Source: Anthoceros angustus
Lineage: Eukaryota > Plantae > Anthocerotophyta
Direction: 5' to 3'
Length of the DNA: 64,000 nucleotides
Assembly (NCBI GenBank): GCA_010909165.1
Contig: VJWM01000218.1
Coordinates: 124,001-188,000 of the forward strand
The position numbers and the translations under genes are program-made. Shown piece by piece: positions 1 through 12,565 of the stretch. The first letter of the stretch is position 1. Every line of letters starts with the position of its first letter. Under the pieces are notes generated by a model. The model was not told the DNA's origin. It ran no database searches and saw nothing but the letters and a program-made list of their open reading frames with translations.

Positions 1-249
1 CTCCTAAGAGATGTAGGGTCACTCTAAGTGGGCACAAATGCAGCATGAGGAGCGAGAATTGTTGGATGCGGGCCGGTGCCATGATAGCAATGGATGCAGT
101 TCAAATAACTATTATCTTACGGTCTCAAGTGTCCCATACATCCAAGCGCAAGCATAACGAAGCATCTTAGTAGTCAACCACCTTTGAAACGTAGGGTGCA
201 CCTGACCTCTCCTTACGCATACGGTGAAAGCAACACGTCTAAGCGGAGG

Positions 250-388
250 ATTTGCATTCGGTTTCTCGGCCAACGTGGGCCATGCCACGAACAAAATTTG
301 TGTATGTGTGTCTTGGGAGGATTTGCATTACATTTCTCGACCAAGCGTGGGCCATGCCACGAACAAAATTTGTGTATGTGTGTCTTGC
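250..388. repeat. ~70-bp tandem repeat, 2 copies
   Basis: ATTTGCATT...GGGCCATGCCACGAACAAAATTTGTGTATGTGTGTCTTG occurs at ~250-316 and ~320-387. Confidence 0.85.
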
Positions 389-2190
389 CCGCCTGTTTAA
401 CATGTATGTGTGGTGATCGGATCGAAACCCTAAACAAGAAAACATGTGCATGACACAATCGGAATACCAGGCCTATGATCGTGTCATACAAAGTTTTTGC
501 CCCGCATACGAACGTACATGAGCTGATGTCACACGTATTATACATGTATTGTACGTAAATATCTGAAAGATGCCGTGGCATATTTCCATAGCGTACACCC
601 AAAAAAAAGAAAGTCACACACATGCTCCCGTGTGACCAGATCGGTATTCCATACAAATCCCACAACCCTTGCATTTTTTTTAATTCTTATAATCAACATA
701 CGTTAATTTCTTTTAAATTTTTATAAGTATGAAAACTGATTTGGCCCTGTAATCTTTGCTCTCTCTATAATTCTTACAGCGACCATATATTCTATCACCT
801 GCTACTTCCTATGAATTATAAAAAATAGTATTATCACCTGCAATATGTTTAAATAAAATAGTTTTCACCTGCAATATGTTTTTAACAAATAAATTTATAT
901 GATAATCATAAAAACATTTTTATAATTTTAATTCACCCACAAATATATAGTAAAATGCTCGCTCATCGGTGATATAACTCGATTTGATGACTGTCTCGAG
1001 AAACTCAAGATGTTTATCAGTAACACGTCTCCCACGACCAGCCACATGCTTGTTCAGCTATGTCAAGAAGTCCAATCAGCACGTCTACCGACTCTATGAG
1101 GATCCCCGACTTACATGATGAAATGTATAACAGATACTCTCTGATAGAAACTGAACATTGGAGGCTTCACCCCAAATTATTAAGTACAGTGACGTTAAAA
1201 GCAGATGCACTGACACAAAATTATTCGTGCAATTCACAAGGATGGAACCTATCAAGAGTAGAATAATCCGCCAACAGCTGCTAGGTCAACAACTTGAGAA
1301 GACCTGAGGGCCTACTGAAAGTTGAACGAGAGCAAAGAGGTCCTAATCCATAATGGACTACAAGACACTGAGGGACATTAGTCGCAGAAAACACCAGTTG
1401 GATCACCAACTCCACATACCTTTTGCAGATTGACTCCTTCCTCAAAGTACTTTTCATCCCTTCATGTAGTTTTCAAGAATCTTGTCGTGCAGGTCTGTGA
1501 TAGCTTTGTTATCAAGCCGAACGGTAAGCAAATCTACTTGGAATGACAACAATATGCATACAGGCAATAGCTCATGGAATAATGGATCGCAGCCTGCTAC
1601 CACGTCAAAATGAGTTGTTCGCACTAAGAGAAGCTTCACCCTGTCATTCCGTATTCGAAGGCGAGCTTGAGCATTAGCCAGCAGCGGCAACACATGCTCC
1701 TGCTGGTTGTTCACATTATCTTTCTACCATGAAAGAGGTAGCCAGTTCAGGACAAAACGATTTTTCAACAGCACGCATGGCATATGATAGTTGACAAGTC
1801 TTCGATGGACATAATGCAAAAATAAAAGTGAGGGCATAGTGGAAGTCACAGAGAAAGTACAGGAGCACGTGAAAGCCAAAAACATATTGTAGGAGGTCGA
1901 ACATGTCCAAAGACCTCTGCTTAGGGCGAGGAAATGTATCTGGAAGCGGAGAAATTTCAGCGCCTTTCTAAAGTTTTATTGCATACTGAGCTCCTTTGAT
2001 CTATCACAGGACTCAAATCATCATTCAGGTCCGGGAGCCCAGTTCAGATGAGGACATGGCAATGAGTGAGGAGTCACATAAAAGAGTCATAGAACAGGTC
2101 ACCTCTGGTAATAGAATAAGAGGATCCGCCGCACCAGCAGTCTCTAGCGGAATGATGTTATAAGGCTTGAACTCAGATATTTTTGTCACT

Positions 2191-2245
2191 CTATCTCACG
2201 ATGGTCTAAACTAAGCTCACGTTCCCTATTCGTGGATGAACAATC
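2191..2245 (-). pseudogene. 25S rRNA-derived fragment A (~55 bp, peptidyl-transferase centre H92-H93 region)
   Basis: CTATCTCACGATGGTCTAAACTAAGCTCACGTTCCCTATTCGTGGATGAACAATC matches the reverse complement of conserved nuclear LSU rRNA (GATTGTTCACCCACCAATAGGGAACGTGAGCTGGGTTTAGACCGTCGTGAGACAG) with about 6 mismatches; flanks are not rRNA. Confidence 0.8.
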
Positions 2246-2280
2246 TGGCATCTTGTATATGTGGATGCCTTTACAGCATT

Positions 2281-2975
2281 CACTACAAGAATCGCAGGTG
2301 TTTTATAACGTATTTTACAACATAATTTACAATCCCACGTTGTAAAAACGGGCATTTACACGTTTGTAAAGTAACAGCTTAACTAGATTGTAAAATTGCT
2401 GACGTGGCAGACAAGATTGCCACGTCATCAAGTTGCTGACGTGGCCGCCACGTCGCTAATAGACAGTAAGGTGTCGGGTGGCGGGTTCTACGCCATTTAC
2501 AAAGTTGGGCTCGTTTACAACCTAAATGACAACGCCATTTACAACGTGGTTGCCTTGTAATCTAGGTTGTAAAGTAGGTTGTTAATAGGATGTTGTAGTC
2601 TGACAGCTTAACTAGGTTGTAAAGTGGGTCTATTTACAACGTATTTTACAATATACGTTACAACCTCATTTACAACCTTCATACACCCTGACTTTACAGC
2701 GTCATTTCTGTTGTCGTTTACAACGTCGTTTACAGCCTCGTTTACAGCCTCGTTTACAAGGTCGTTTACAACGTGGTTTACAACGTGGTTTACAACGTGG
2801 TTTACAAGGTCGTTTACAAGGTCGTTTACAACCTCATTTACAACCTCATTTACAACCTCATTTACAACCTCATTTACAACCTAAAATATTCGCGAATCGC
2901 TAGTTTACAACACAATCTACAAGGTAGATTACAACTTGGAAAATTCACGTCTCAATGATTTACAACGTTGTTTAT
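2281..2975. mobile_element. CACTA (En/Spm) transposon terminus with subterminal repeats; other end not found
   Basis: Starts CACTACAAGAA, followed by many TTTACAAC / GTTGTAAA motifs in both orientations, typical of CACTA subterminal regions. No matching ...TTCTTGTAGTG end and no transposase seen in the window. Confidence 0.7.
2717..2882. repeat. 12-bp-period tandem array (TTTACAACGTGG / TTTACAAGGTCG / TTTACAACCTCA), ~14 units
   Basis: Direct reading of the sequence; explains the spurious TTSF-repeat ORF 2624-2884. Confidence 0.9.
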
Positions 2976-3120
2976 ACATTAAACGTATAGCAAGTCGGGG
3001 GGAGAAGAAGGCGAAGACCAAGATATATCATCGTTGGGAGTCAAAACTCTCAGCTCAAAGCTGGATTTCTTGTGAAAGCCATTGTCGGAGCACAGCAAGA
3101 GCAAGCCACCCTCACTCAAT

Positions 3121-3177
3121 CTGTTTCAAGATAGACTAAACCTAGCTCATGTTCCCCATTCGTGGGTGAACAGTCCA
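3121..3177 (-). pseudogene. 25S rRNA-derived fragment B (duplicate B' at ~5160-5207)
   Basis: CTGTTTCAAGATAGACTAAACCTAGCTCATGTTCCCCATTCGTGGGTGAACAGTCCA aligns to the same LSU rRNA segment as fragment A at roughly 80% identity. Confidence 0.7.
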
Positions 3178-4352
3178 GGCGTGTTGCTTTAGTGGATGCC
3201 TTTCGGCATATTTAAACCCACTGCAGCACCGCTCTATCTTTGTCCTGCTAGTTAGCGTTCCTCTCCGCCGTCGCGGGGAGGGAAGAAGCCTCACGAGGGA
3301 TGCAAGGCCAGACCCCTCGGGATGGTCAAATGCCGTGACCCGACTTGTGTGAATGCGGGACACGGGCTCCCTATTTAGCTACACACCTTGGACTTATTCG
3401 TCCGTCACACGTGGATAGGCTCCCCCGATTGGCCACATCGCATCGTTGACTGTGTCCGGTGCCAAGCTAGCAGTAGCAAAAATGCGAAACGATACCGCCT
3501 AGGACCCGGCGGGCCTGTGCATGCCCCGACACCCCGGGGTTTAGCTCCGTCCTCCGCGACCTCGACGACCTACTGTTGGTTTAGGTTGTCCTTGGGATGC
3601 GTGCCCCACCGAGTGAAATAGGCTTCTAGGGGGTGCTTAGCGCCACCTTTGGGGGTGTACCTTTTGTCGACCCGGGGGGACGGCTTACCCAAAAACTCCC
3701 TCACGGAAACACTTTTGGGTTTTTACATCGGTGAAGGCCACATGGACCGGGCTACTCTGTAGGGCAGAATAGGGAACAGATGCGGTGGGATCACTTTCGT
3801 GGTGCACTCATTGAAGGCGCAAGCCTCCCCCTTGCAGAGGCATTTCCGCGTCCGGAGGGGGTCAAGGTGGCCCTTTTCGACCATCTATGTGGGTTAGTAT
3901 ATGATCCCTGCACTAATGGCTTAGCACGGCCCCCGGCTGTGACCTTGGGTGCTTTTCAAAGGGTCTGGGCTAGGGCCATGGTCGTTATGAGGAGTCGCAT
4001 GGGTTCCACCTATCCCAATTCTAGCCAGCGCTGATACCGATGGATGCCTCCTAAGGGTGGTTCCTTAGAACCCAAGGCGGATATACCTTGGTAGCGAGTG
4101 TTTCTCCTGCTCGACCTTAGGGGGCAAGGGGGCAAGGCGGGGAAGGCGGGGAAGGCGGGAGAGGAGGGAGGAGGAGAGGGTTGACTGTTCTGATCTTGGG
4201 AAGCAAGTCGGTGTAGCGTAGCGACCAAGGAGGCAGTCATCAGTAGCCTCATTCTCGTGTTCCTTGGTCGAGGCCTTCCGCATGTGGGTCTCCATGTTTG
4301 AATGGGAGGCCTAAGGGAGTCCCTATCTTTGGTATTGATAGCCCAAAAACAT

Positions 4353-5050
4353 CATGGAATGGGTTTTGCATCCGAAGGCAAAGAGGCCACATTTACCCTC
4401 TATGTCGTTATAGTCCTAGGATTCGATCCCAAGGGAATGGTGTTGTGTCAAGGTGTGCTAAATCTATGGATTCTAGACCTACCCGTCGCTCACTACCCCA
4501 CCTTCTCCGGCTACCTTGCCCAAACCCACCGTGGTAGACTCGGCCACCGCGGTGGCAGTTCGGCAACGTGGCGGGTCCCTGTGCCCTTCCTGAGTCTACC
4601 GTCAACTTCTCTAACACGGACCTAGGGGCTATGGGCATACGGATACCTATATCGCCTCACTTACTTAAAATTTCTGCGATTCCACCACACGCTTCCACTC
4701 CTCTTACGCATTTCGATTTTCCCTCACACTCTCACAATCCCTCGGTAGCACTCATCTACCTCAGAACCTTTCCCTTCCCAATGAACTCTCTCTCGTCTCA
4801 CGGGCCACAGACCCCTCCTTGGGCCACACAGACCCCTCCTTGGGCCACAGACCCCTCTCATGGAATGAACACACAGTGGCAGCGGTTGGAAAGAGGATCG
4901 GAAGAAAACCCGGTCGGTGCTTGGGCGATTCGCCTTCCCGATTCCGCCTCCGCGCAATTCCTACCTCTTTTTCGGCTTCTCCGTTACCCAGGCGTGGAGC
5001 TTGGCCACTCCGCTCTCGACCATCCGAGATCTTCCGGCCTTCTTGTGAAG
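4353..5050 (-). repeat. Partial LTR copy (first ~700 bp in plus coordinates) carried by the 2.04-kb tandem duplication
   Basis: ACATC-ATGGAATGGGTTTTGCATCC... matches 6336-7070, including the TSD flank. Confidence 0.85.
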
Positions 5051-6340
5051 AAGGCGAAGACCAAGATATATCATCGTTGAGTCAAAACTCTCGACTCAAA
5101 GCTGGATTTCTTGTGAAAGCCATTGTCGAGAACGGGAGCAAGCCACCCTCACTCAATCATTTCAAGATAGACTAAACCTAGCTCATGTTCCCCATTCGTG
5201 GGTGAAACGGTCCGAGGCGTGTTGCTTTAGTGGATGCCTTCGGCATATTTAAACCCCGCAGACCGCTCTATCTTTGTCACCGCTAGTTAGCGTTCCTCTC
5301 GCGTCGCGGGGAAGAAAACCTCACGAGGGATGCAAGGCCGGACCCCTGGGATGGTCAAATGCCGTGACCCGACTTGTGTGAATGCGGGACACGGGCTCCC
5401 TATTAGCTACACACCTTGGACTTATTAAATTAGTCACCGTGGATAGGCTCCCCGATTGGCCACATCGCATCGTTGTTGTATAGGTGCCAAGCTAAGCAAA
5501 ATGCGGCAATCGCCTAGGACCCGGCTGTGCATGCCGACACCGGGGTTTAGCTCGTCCTCCGCGACCTCGGCGACCCTCTTGTTGGTTTAGGTTGTCCTTG
5601 GGATGCGTGCCCACCAGTGAAATAGGCTTCTAGGGGTGCTTAGCGCCACCTTTGAATGTACCTTTGTCGACCGGGGACGGCCACCAAAAACTCCCTCACG
5701 GAAACACTTTTGGGTTTTACATGTGAAGGCCACATGGACGGGCTACTCAGAGGGGCGAGAATAGGGAGCAGATGCGGTGGGATCACTTCGTGGTGCACTC
5801 ATTGAAGGCGCAAGCCTCCCCTTGCGGAGGCATTTCCGTCAGGAGGGTCAAGGTGGCCCTTTTCGACCATCTATGTGGGTTAGTATATGATCCACACTAA
5901 TGGCTTAGCACGGCCCCAGTGACCTTGGGTGCTTTTCAAAGGGTGCAGGCTAGGGCCATGGTCGTTATGAGGAGTCGCATGGGTTCCACCTATCCCAATT
6001 CTAGCCAGTACGTCTGGAGTGGATGCCTCCTAAGGGTGGTTCCTTAGAACCCAAGGCGGATATACCTTGGTAGCGAGTGTTTCTCCTGCTCGACCTTAGG
6101 GGGCAAGGGGGCAAGGGGAAGGGGAAGGGGAAGGCGGGAGAGGAGGAGGGAGGAGGAGAGGGTTGACTGTTACGATCTTGGGAAGCAAGTCGGTGTAGCG
6201 TAGCAGCCAAGGAGACGGTCATCGAGTAGCCTCATTCTCGCGTGTTCCTTGGTCGAGGCCTTCCGCATGTGGGTCTCCATGTTTGAATGGGAGGCCTAAG
6301 GGGAGTCCCTATGCTGGTATTGATAGCCCAGCAAAACATC

Positions 6341-9300
6341 TGTGGAATGGGTTTTTGCATCCGAAGACGCAAAGAGGCCACATTTACCCTCTATGTCGTT
6401 ATAGTCCTAGGATTCGATCCCAAGGGAATGGTGTTGTGTCAAGGTGTGCTAAATCTATGGATTCTAGACCTACCCGTCGCTCACTACCCCACCTTCTCCG
6501 GCTACCCTGCCCAAACCCACCGTGGTAGACTCGGCCACCGCGGTGGCTGGTTTAGCCACCGTGGCGGGTCCCACCACCGTGGTGGTTGCTCGGCCTCGCC
6601 TTCCGGGCTCTCCAACTTCTCTAACACGGACCTAGGGGCTATGGGCATACGGATACCTATATCGCCTCACTTACTTAAAATTTCTGCGATTCCACCACAC
6701 GCTTCCACTCCTCTTACGCATTTCGATTTTCCCTCACACTCTCACAATCCCTCGGTAGCACTCATCTACCTCAGAACCTTTCCCTTCCCAATGAACTCTC
6801 TCTCGTCTCACGGGCCACAGACCCCTCCTTGGGCCACACAGACCCCTCCTTGGGCCACAGACCCCTCTCATGGAATGAACACACAGTGGCAGCGGTTGGA
6901 AAGAGGATCGGAAGAAAACCCGGTCGGTGCTTGGGCGATTCGCCTTCCCGATTCCGCCTCGCCTTCCGGCAATTCCTACCTCTTTTTCGGGCTTCTCCGT
7001 TACCCAGGCGTGGAGCTTGGCCACTCCGCTCTCGACCATCCGAGATCTTCCGGCCTTCTTGTGACGAAGGCGGTGCGGTCCGTTTGATCTTGACGGGCGT
7101 CTCCAATCAACCCCACTCCGGTTCGATACGGAAGTTCACACGAAATCGTCGCCTTGAGAGACACCCAAAGGGTCTCTTATACATCTGTGGTCCAACACAC
7201 TCACTTCTCTTTAGTGTCTAAAATTGTAGCTCCTACCACGGCGCCTTACCAATCTAAGCAACATGACTCTGGTGATGGAACTCCCTATCCTCTACGAAAA
7301 ACCCGGTCCTAGGCTATCGCGACTCCCTAAAATCAGCTGCCGCCTCGCGATTCTTTGCCTCGCCCTCGGCCCATGGGGACCCCTCTCGCTCTTGGCCTCG
7401 CCTCGATCCGGCGATTTTCCCCACAACCTCCACCTCACTCTCCTTTGAATTTCCCTCGCGCCTTCCCGCGGACGTTGCGCCTGTGACCTCTATGTCCATT
7501 GTCCGCTCCTCCTCATTTGGACAACCATACTGTGCTCCTCCCTCCATGCTCGCTGCGCCTCGCTCATCTCTTCCGGCACCACTTGCGGAGGATAGGCGCC
7601 GCTCCTACTCGAAGGAACCAGCAGTAGCGCTGTGGCGGTCAAGATGTCTGACCGATGGTTTACGCCCCTCTGTCCCAACAACCACATACACGTTTAGAGT
7701 GAGCACCGCTCACCATGCGGCGAGGACATGAGCATCCTCATCCGGACGCCGTAGCTGTCGCCCGTCGAGGTCCTTACCCTCTCCTCCGTGGACAATCACA
7801 GGCGGTGCTGATTCTCCGGGATCATCCCTCCATCTGCGACACTCCTCGGTGACTTCCCCACCTCGGTTCCCGTTCCACGACGGTGGCTGGTTTAGCCACC
7901 GTGGTGGTTCTTCCACGGTGGTTGTTTGGCTCTGCGGTGGGCGCTCGGCCTTTCTTGGTTTGGCCACCTCTCTCTTGACTCGGCCCTAGCCGTCTCTTTC
8001 CGCTTGTACCTCTCCGACTTCTTGAATTTCTCCAAGGCGCCATCGCTTCCACTCCTGGACTCGCGAGACCTCATCTGAAGCTCTTCAATTGTAGCATCGC
8101 CCCTTGACTGATTTACTAAAGCTTCTGCGAGTGGACATGTGCCTCTTGCTCATGCCTTGCATAAGGCCGCCGCTCCTACTCGAAGGAACCATCGTAACTG
8201 TGGCGGTCAAGATGTCCCAACGCCCCTCTGTCCCAACAACCACATACACGTTTAGAGTGAGCACCGCTCACCATGCGGCGAGGACATGAGCATCCTCATC
8301 CGGACGCCGTAGCTGTCGCCCGTCGAGGTCCTTACCCTCTCCTCCGTGGACAATCACAGGCGGTGCTGATTCTCCGGATCATCCCTCCATCTGCGACACT
8401 CCTCGGTGACTTCCCCACCTCGGTTCCCGTTCCACGACGGTGGCTGGTTTAGCCACCGTGGTGGTTCTTCCCAGTGGTTGTTTGGCTCTGCGGTGGGCGC
8501 TCGGCCTTTCTTGGTTTGGCCACCTCTCTCTTGACTCGGCCCTAGCCGTCTCTTTCCGCTTGTACCTCTCCGACTTCTTGAATTTCTCCAAGGCGCCATC
8601 GCTTCCACTGCTCTGGACTCGCGAGACCTCATCTGAAGCTCTTCAATTGTAGCATCGCCCCTTGACTGATTTACTAAAGCTTCTGGAGTGGACATGTGCC
8701 TCTTGCTCATGCCTTGCATAAGGCCGCCCGCTCCTACTCGAAGGAACCATCGTAACTGTGGCGGTCAAGATGTCCCAACGCCCCTCTGTCCCAACAACCA
8801 CATACACGTTTAGAGTGAGCACCGCTCACCATGCGGCGGCCGGGACATGAGCATCCTCATCCGGACGCCGTAGCACAATACGCCCTTCCGTCGAGGTCCT
8901 TACCCTCTCCTCCGTGGACAATCTGGGCGGCTGCTGATTCTCGGATCCCTCCATCTGCGACACTCCGGTGACTTCCCCACCTCGGTTCCCGTTCCACGAC
9001 GGTGTGGCTGGTTTAGCCACCGTGGTGGTTCTTCCACGGTGGTTGTTTGGCTCTGCGGTGGGGTTGCTCGGCCTTTCTTGGTTTGGCCACCTCTCTCTTG
9101 ACTCGGCCCTAGCTTCGTCTCTTTCCCGCCTCGCCTTCTTGAATTTCTCCAAGGCGCCATCGCTTCCACTGCTCTGGACTCGCGAGACCTCATCTGAAGC
9201 TCTTCAATTGTAGCATGCGCCCCTTGACTGATTTACTAAAGCTTCTGCGAGTGGACATGTCCCTTAACTGCCTCGTGCCTTGCATAAGGCCGCACTCCGT

Positions 9301-11204
9301 CTGCGCTCCTCGGCCTTGCTCTCGCCTTCGGGCTTCCAACTTCTCCTTGAGCAACTTCTCCTGTTGGCCTTGCACACTCGGCCGGTGAGAGCCATGGTCG
9401 CTTGATCGAGGAGATCCGCTGCGTCGTGCCATGGCCAAGTCAAACCACCGCAAATCCCCAAATTGGGCTGTCCCTTGCCCATCCGCCTCCACAACAATTC
9501 TCGTGTCTGACGGTGTCTCCTATCCCCACCTCGGACGGTTCGGTGAAATGTCGCCAAAATGTCCGGAGCTCGTTGCGGTCTCGGCTGAAGTTAACCCCTC
9601 CTCTCCTAGGGGTTGGTGCCTTGCCTCTTCCCGCTTCATTCTCCCCTAGCGGCGATTCATCCCCCGGAGGGAGCAACTTGCCATTTCCCTTTACTTTCTC
9701 CTCCTTTACCGCGTTCTGCTGCGTCTTGACTGGTGACCACAGGTGTGGCTGTGGGTTCCTCCTCTGCTGCCTCCCCTTCTTGAATTTCCCTCGCGCCTTC
9801 CCCGCGGACGTTGCGCCCCTTCGCTTCTTACCCTTGGAAACTTCCCCACCCTCTTAGAACCTTCCGAGCGCACTCCCAGCTGGAATCCTTGCCGAATCCT
9901 CCTTCAATTCCTCCTCTTCTACCTTGAGTTCACGGCTTCCAACCATGCAGGCGGACCACGACTTCAACTCCGTTAAACACCGGAATGCGCAAATACATGA
10001 ATCGGAAAAGGCGAAATCAAGGAGGGCCGAGGGAAGAGAGTAAATTCGCCTTCTCCTCACAGGCTCTTTCGAAAATCATCCTCCCCAATCAATTTGTGTA
10101 CCCTTGACCACCTCGTGAAGAAAAACCAAGAAGTGATCCGCCATATGATCCACTTAGGTTACGTAGGAAACACAAAATCCATTTGGCCAATCCCACACTT
10201 GCGGACACGAGTTGGCGAGTCACCCGACCATTGTTCACTCTCACTTCCCGGGCTTCATGAGCGGCTGCGGCTTTCAAGGTCTTCTTCTGGGGTCAATCAC
10301 CAAGCTCCCATCCTCGATGCTTCGCCCATGCTTTGCTCGAAGAGGCCAAATCCAGTTCTGCGGCCTTTTCCTCGCGTCACCCTCTTGCGACTTGGTCCTT
10401 AATTGCGGGCGCACTCTTGCACCAATGCGGTGTCGTAGCACCATTTCTTCTCCATGAACTTGACCCGGCTCGCACGGTGCCGGCTCTCACTTTCCGATGG
10501 TCCATGTTGGGCCCGCTGCGTGAGTGAGATTTCGGCGCGGCGCCATCTCCTTCTCGTTGTCTCCCAAAACAAAACCTCGACTACCCTGCATCACGGTCGG
10601 AAGAGAAAAAAAAAATCGAGCCGCCCTCGCGCTCCTTCCACGCCTCCTCGCGAACTTGCGGCGATTTCTCTCCTCCGCGCCGCCGCCCGCACTCCGTCTG
10701 CGCTCCTTCCTCCTGCAGTGAGGCGGTGATTTGGCTGGCGTCGTGCCACTCCTTCCTCCTCTTCTGCGGCTCCGCTCCTGCCCCTCACGGAAAGTCGCGA
10801 CCTCGCGGTCTTGGGTGTGCCCTTCTCCCGATTCGCTCCGGTGGTAGTCCCGCTCCGCCACTAGGGTTGTAAATTCCCACAGTGCATGCGTCCGTTTCTC
10901 GGCCACCGTGGTGGAACTAGCCACCACCCACTTGACTACACAAGCTGGCATATTGTGAGCATCCCTAGCATATATAGACACCTTTTATTCTAAAATTCCC
11001 AATACCCAAGGACTCTATTTCTACCCCACCTCAGGGTCAAACCTAAGGGTCGAAAAATTATTATTATCTCCAAGGGCCAAGGACCATTCCGTATAAAAGA
11101 CTCGGACGATTCTCAAAGCACTTTGCTATTCTAACACATCAAAACAAAAAAATCGTTCACACGACACTTGGGAGGCGGGGTTAGTTCACATGTGGTCTTC
11201 CACA
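6341..11204 (-). repeat. 3' LTR (4.86 kb, including an internal ~560-bp triplication)
   Basis: Colinear with 21328-24969; ends TGTGGAA (6341) and TTCCACA (11204). Confidence 0.92.
7400..10950 (-). pseudogene. Frameshifted coding-like ORF inside the LTR (accessory protein with charged coiled-coil-like segments); second copy at ~22300-24690
   Basis: Minus-strand frames chain into protein-like text: KWILCFLRNLSG / DHMADHFLVFLHEVVKGTQIDWG / RMIFERACEEK, RELKVEEEELKED, QEKLLKEKLEARRREQ, EALVNQSRGDATIEELQMRSRES, EKFKKSERYKRKETARAESRE. Frame joins are inferred. Confidence 0.55.
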
Positions 11205-11219
11205 TACTCCCTTCTCATT
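11205..11219 (-). other. Polypurine tract (AATGAGAAGGGAGTA on minus)
   Basis: Purine run immediately preceding the TG start of the 3' LTR. Confidence 0.85.
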
Positions 11220-11238
11220 TGTTGGCGTCCTCGCCAAC

Positions 11239-12565
11239 TTATTGGTAATATTTCTTGACCCGCCAACCGTTGTGGCGTTGGCGGTGAGCCACTAAAATCT
11301 TGAGTTGAATTGATCCGTTGTCGAAAACTTCGAAAACTACGAAGGGCCCCATCCATCGAGATGTAATTTACGGAAAATGCATGTATCGGTTATCGTATAG
11401 TAAAGCGGATCCCAGAACAACGTATTCTTGGCGCTTCAATCTCTTGTCGTGCCACTCCTTCCTCCTTTTTGGACATCCCGCATAACTTGGAGGGCTTGTT
11501 CTCTCCTCCGTGTGTCGTCTGAAACCCACCAACCTTTCCAATGACTTTCCTCCACGGCATTCGACTTGGTTCCTGTATTCTCGGTGGAACTTGAATTCTA
11601 TTGGCATGATGAATGCCGTAAGTAAGATAATACGGGTTTCTGCGTTGTCACTTTTCCATGCGGTCCGCATACGTCTTGAATCACGATTTCATATCGATCA
11701 TACGCATAGTGAGTGAGTTTGGTTAGGATCTTGCACAACAAGCCATTTGCCTTTTCCGTGACCCATTGGCTTTTGGGTTATAAAGGCGTGGACTTCACGT
11801 AGGCGTTGAAGTGGTTGGTCATGTTGGAGATTACGATTGAGAAATGTGTTCCTCACACCGACCAGCTCCGGTGCAGCCATATCGGTGATGATTTGCTCGA
11901 GCAGAATCGCTACGGCGTGCGAATCTACGGCGATGCGTGCTTCTACCATCCGCGTCTGATGTCTGTGGCCACGGGATGTATTGGTTTTGGCGAGCCTTGG
12001 TTTTGGGTGGATAGGACCGACAAAATCGATTCCCCATTTCTCGAATGGTGCGGTGCAAGTATGGGGACAAGGGGCCATTGGGTTGTTCTTTGTTGGCTTG
12101 CCGACCCTTTGGCAAGCGTCACGGCTTCACGAACTCCTTGGCATCCTTGTACATTGTAGGCCACCAATAGCCGACCTCAAAATTTTCACGCATGTGACAT
12201 GCGGCATAATGACCTCCCGCCTCTTCTTCGTGTAAAGAGCTCAGGACTCTGCTCACCTGCTTGATGCGTACCCATAACCGCTCCCTGCCGTCCGGACTGA
12301 CTCGGTATAAGTTCATATTGTGCCGTGTGAATGGTCTGGAGTAGTGGACGAACGCCTGAATCTGTGTCTTGGAAAGATGTGGAGGAATTTGGCCCGTGCC
12401 AAGATAATCGTATATCTCCTGATATGTTGGTCTTCCGAAGCCACTCCTCCCCTTCTCAATCGATGCTGGCTCTCCTCCTTCCGAACTGGGCTTCACTCGT
12501 TGGTTTTCAACTCCTGCAGAAAACAGTGTCTCATCGGGAAAGTCGTCTTCCTGGTCCCTTTCCAC
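11239..12565 (-). pseudogene. Gypsy integrase (HHCC zinc finger, core, GPY/F motif), frameshifted
   Basis: LHEEEAGGHYA...WWPTMYKDAKEFVK, PFEKWGIDFVGPI, RTAWK, KLHLRWMGPF, ending NGWRVKKYYQ* at 11239. Confidence 0.92.

Larger units (their letters stand above)
3005..6340. mobile_element. Degenerate GC-rich repeat (host of the gypsy insertion), present twice through a 2.04-kb tandem duplication; continues at 24970
   Basis: 3007-5049 is repeated at 5050-7070. The sequence is split by the LTR element with TSD ACATC (6336-6340 / 24970-24974). No recognisable protein domain. Confidence 0.5.

Noticed and set aside
980-1010. Hammerhead-like TGATGA...GAAAC motif (retrozyme/Penelope)
   Set aside because: Lacks the CTGANGA core and a pairable stem II.
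2717-2882. Regular short repeats as a CRISPR array; ORF 2624-2884 (TTSF repeats) as a gene
   Set aside because: No unique spacers, 12-bp period, eukaryotic context, no cas genes; the ORF is a by-product of the repeat.
6287-7087. 266-aa plus-strand ORF (and similar ORFs at 4302-5175, 21731-22207) as genes
   Set aside because: Cross the LTR boundary, are antisense to the element, are not conserved in frame between copies, and have no domain.
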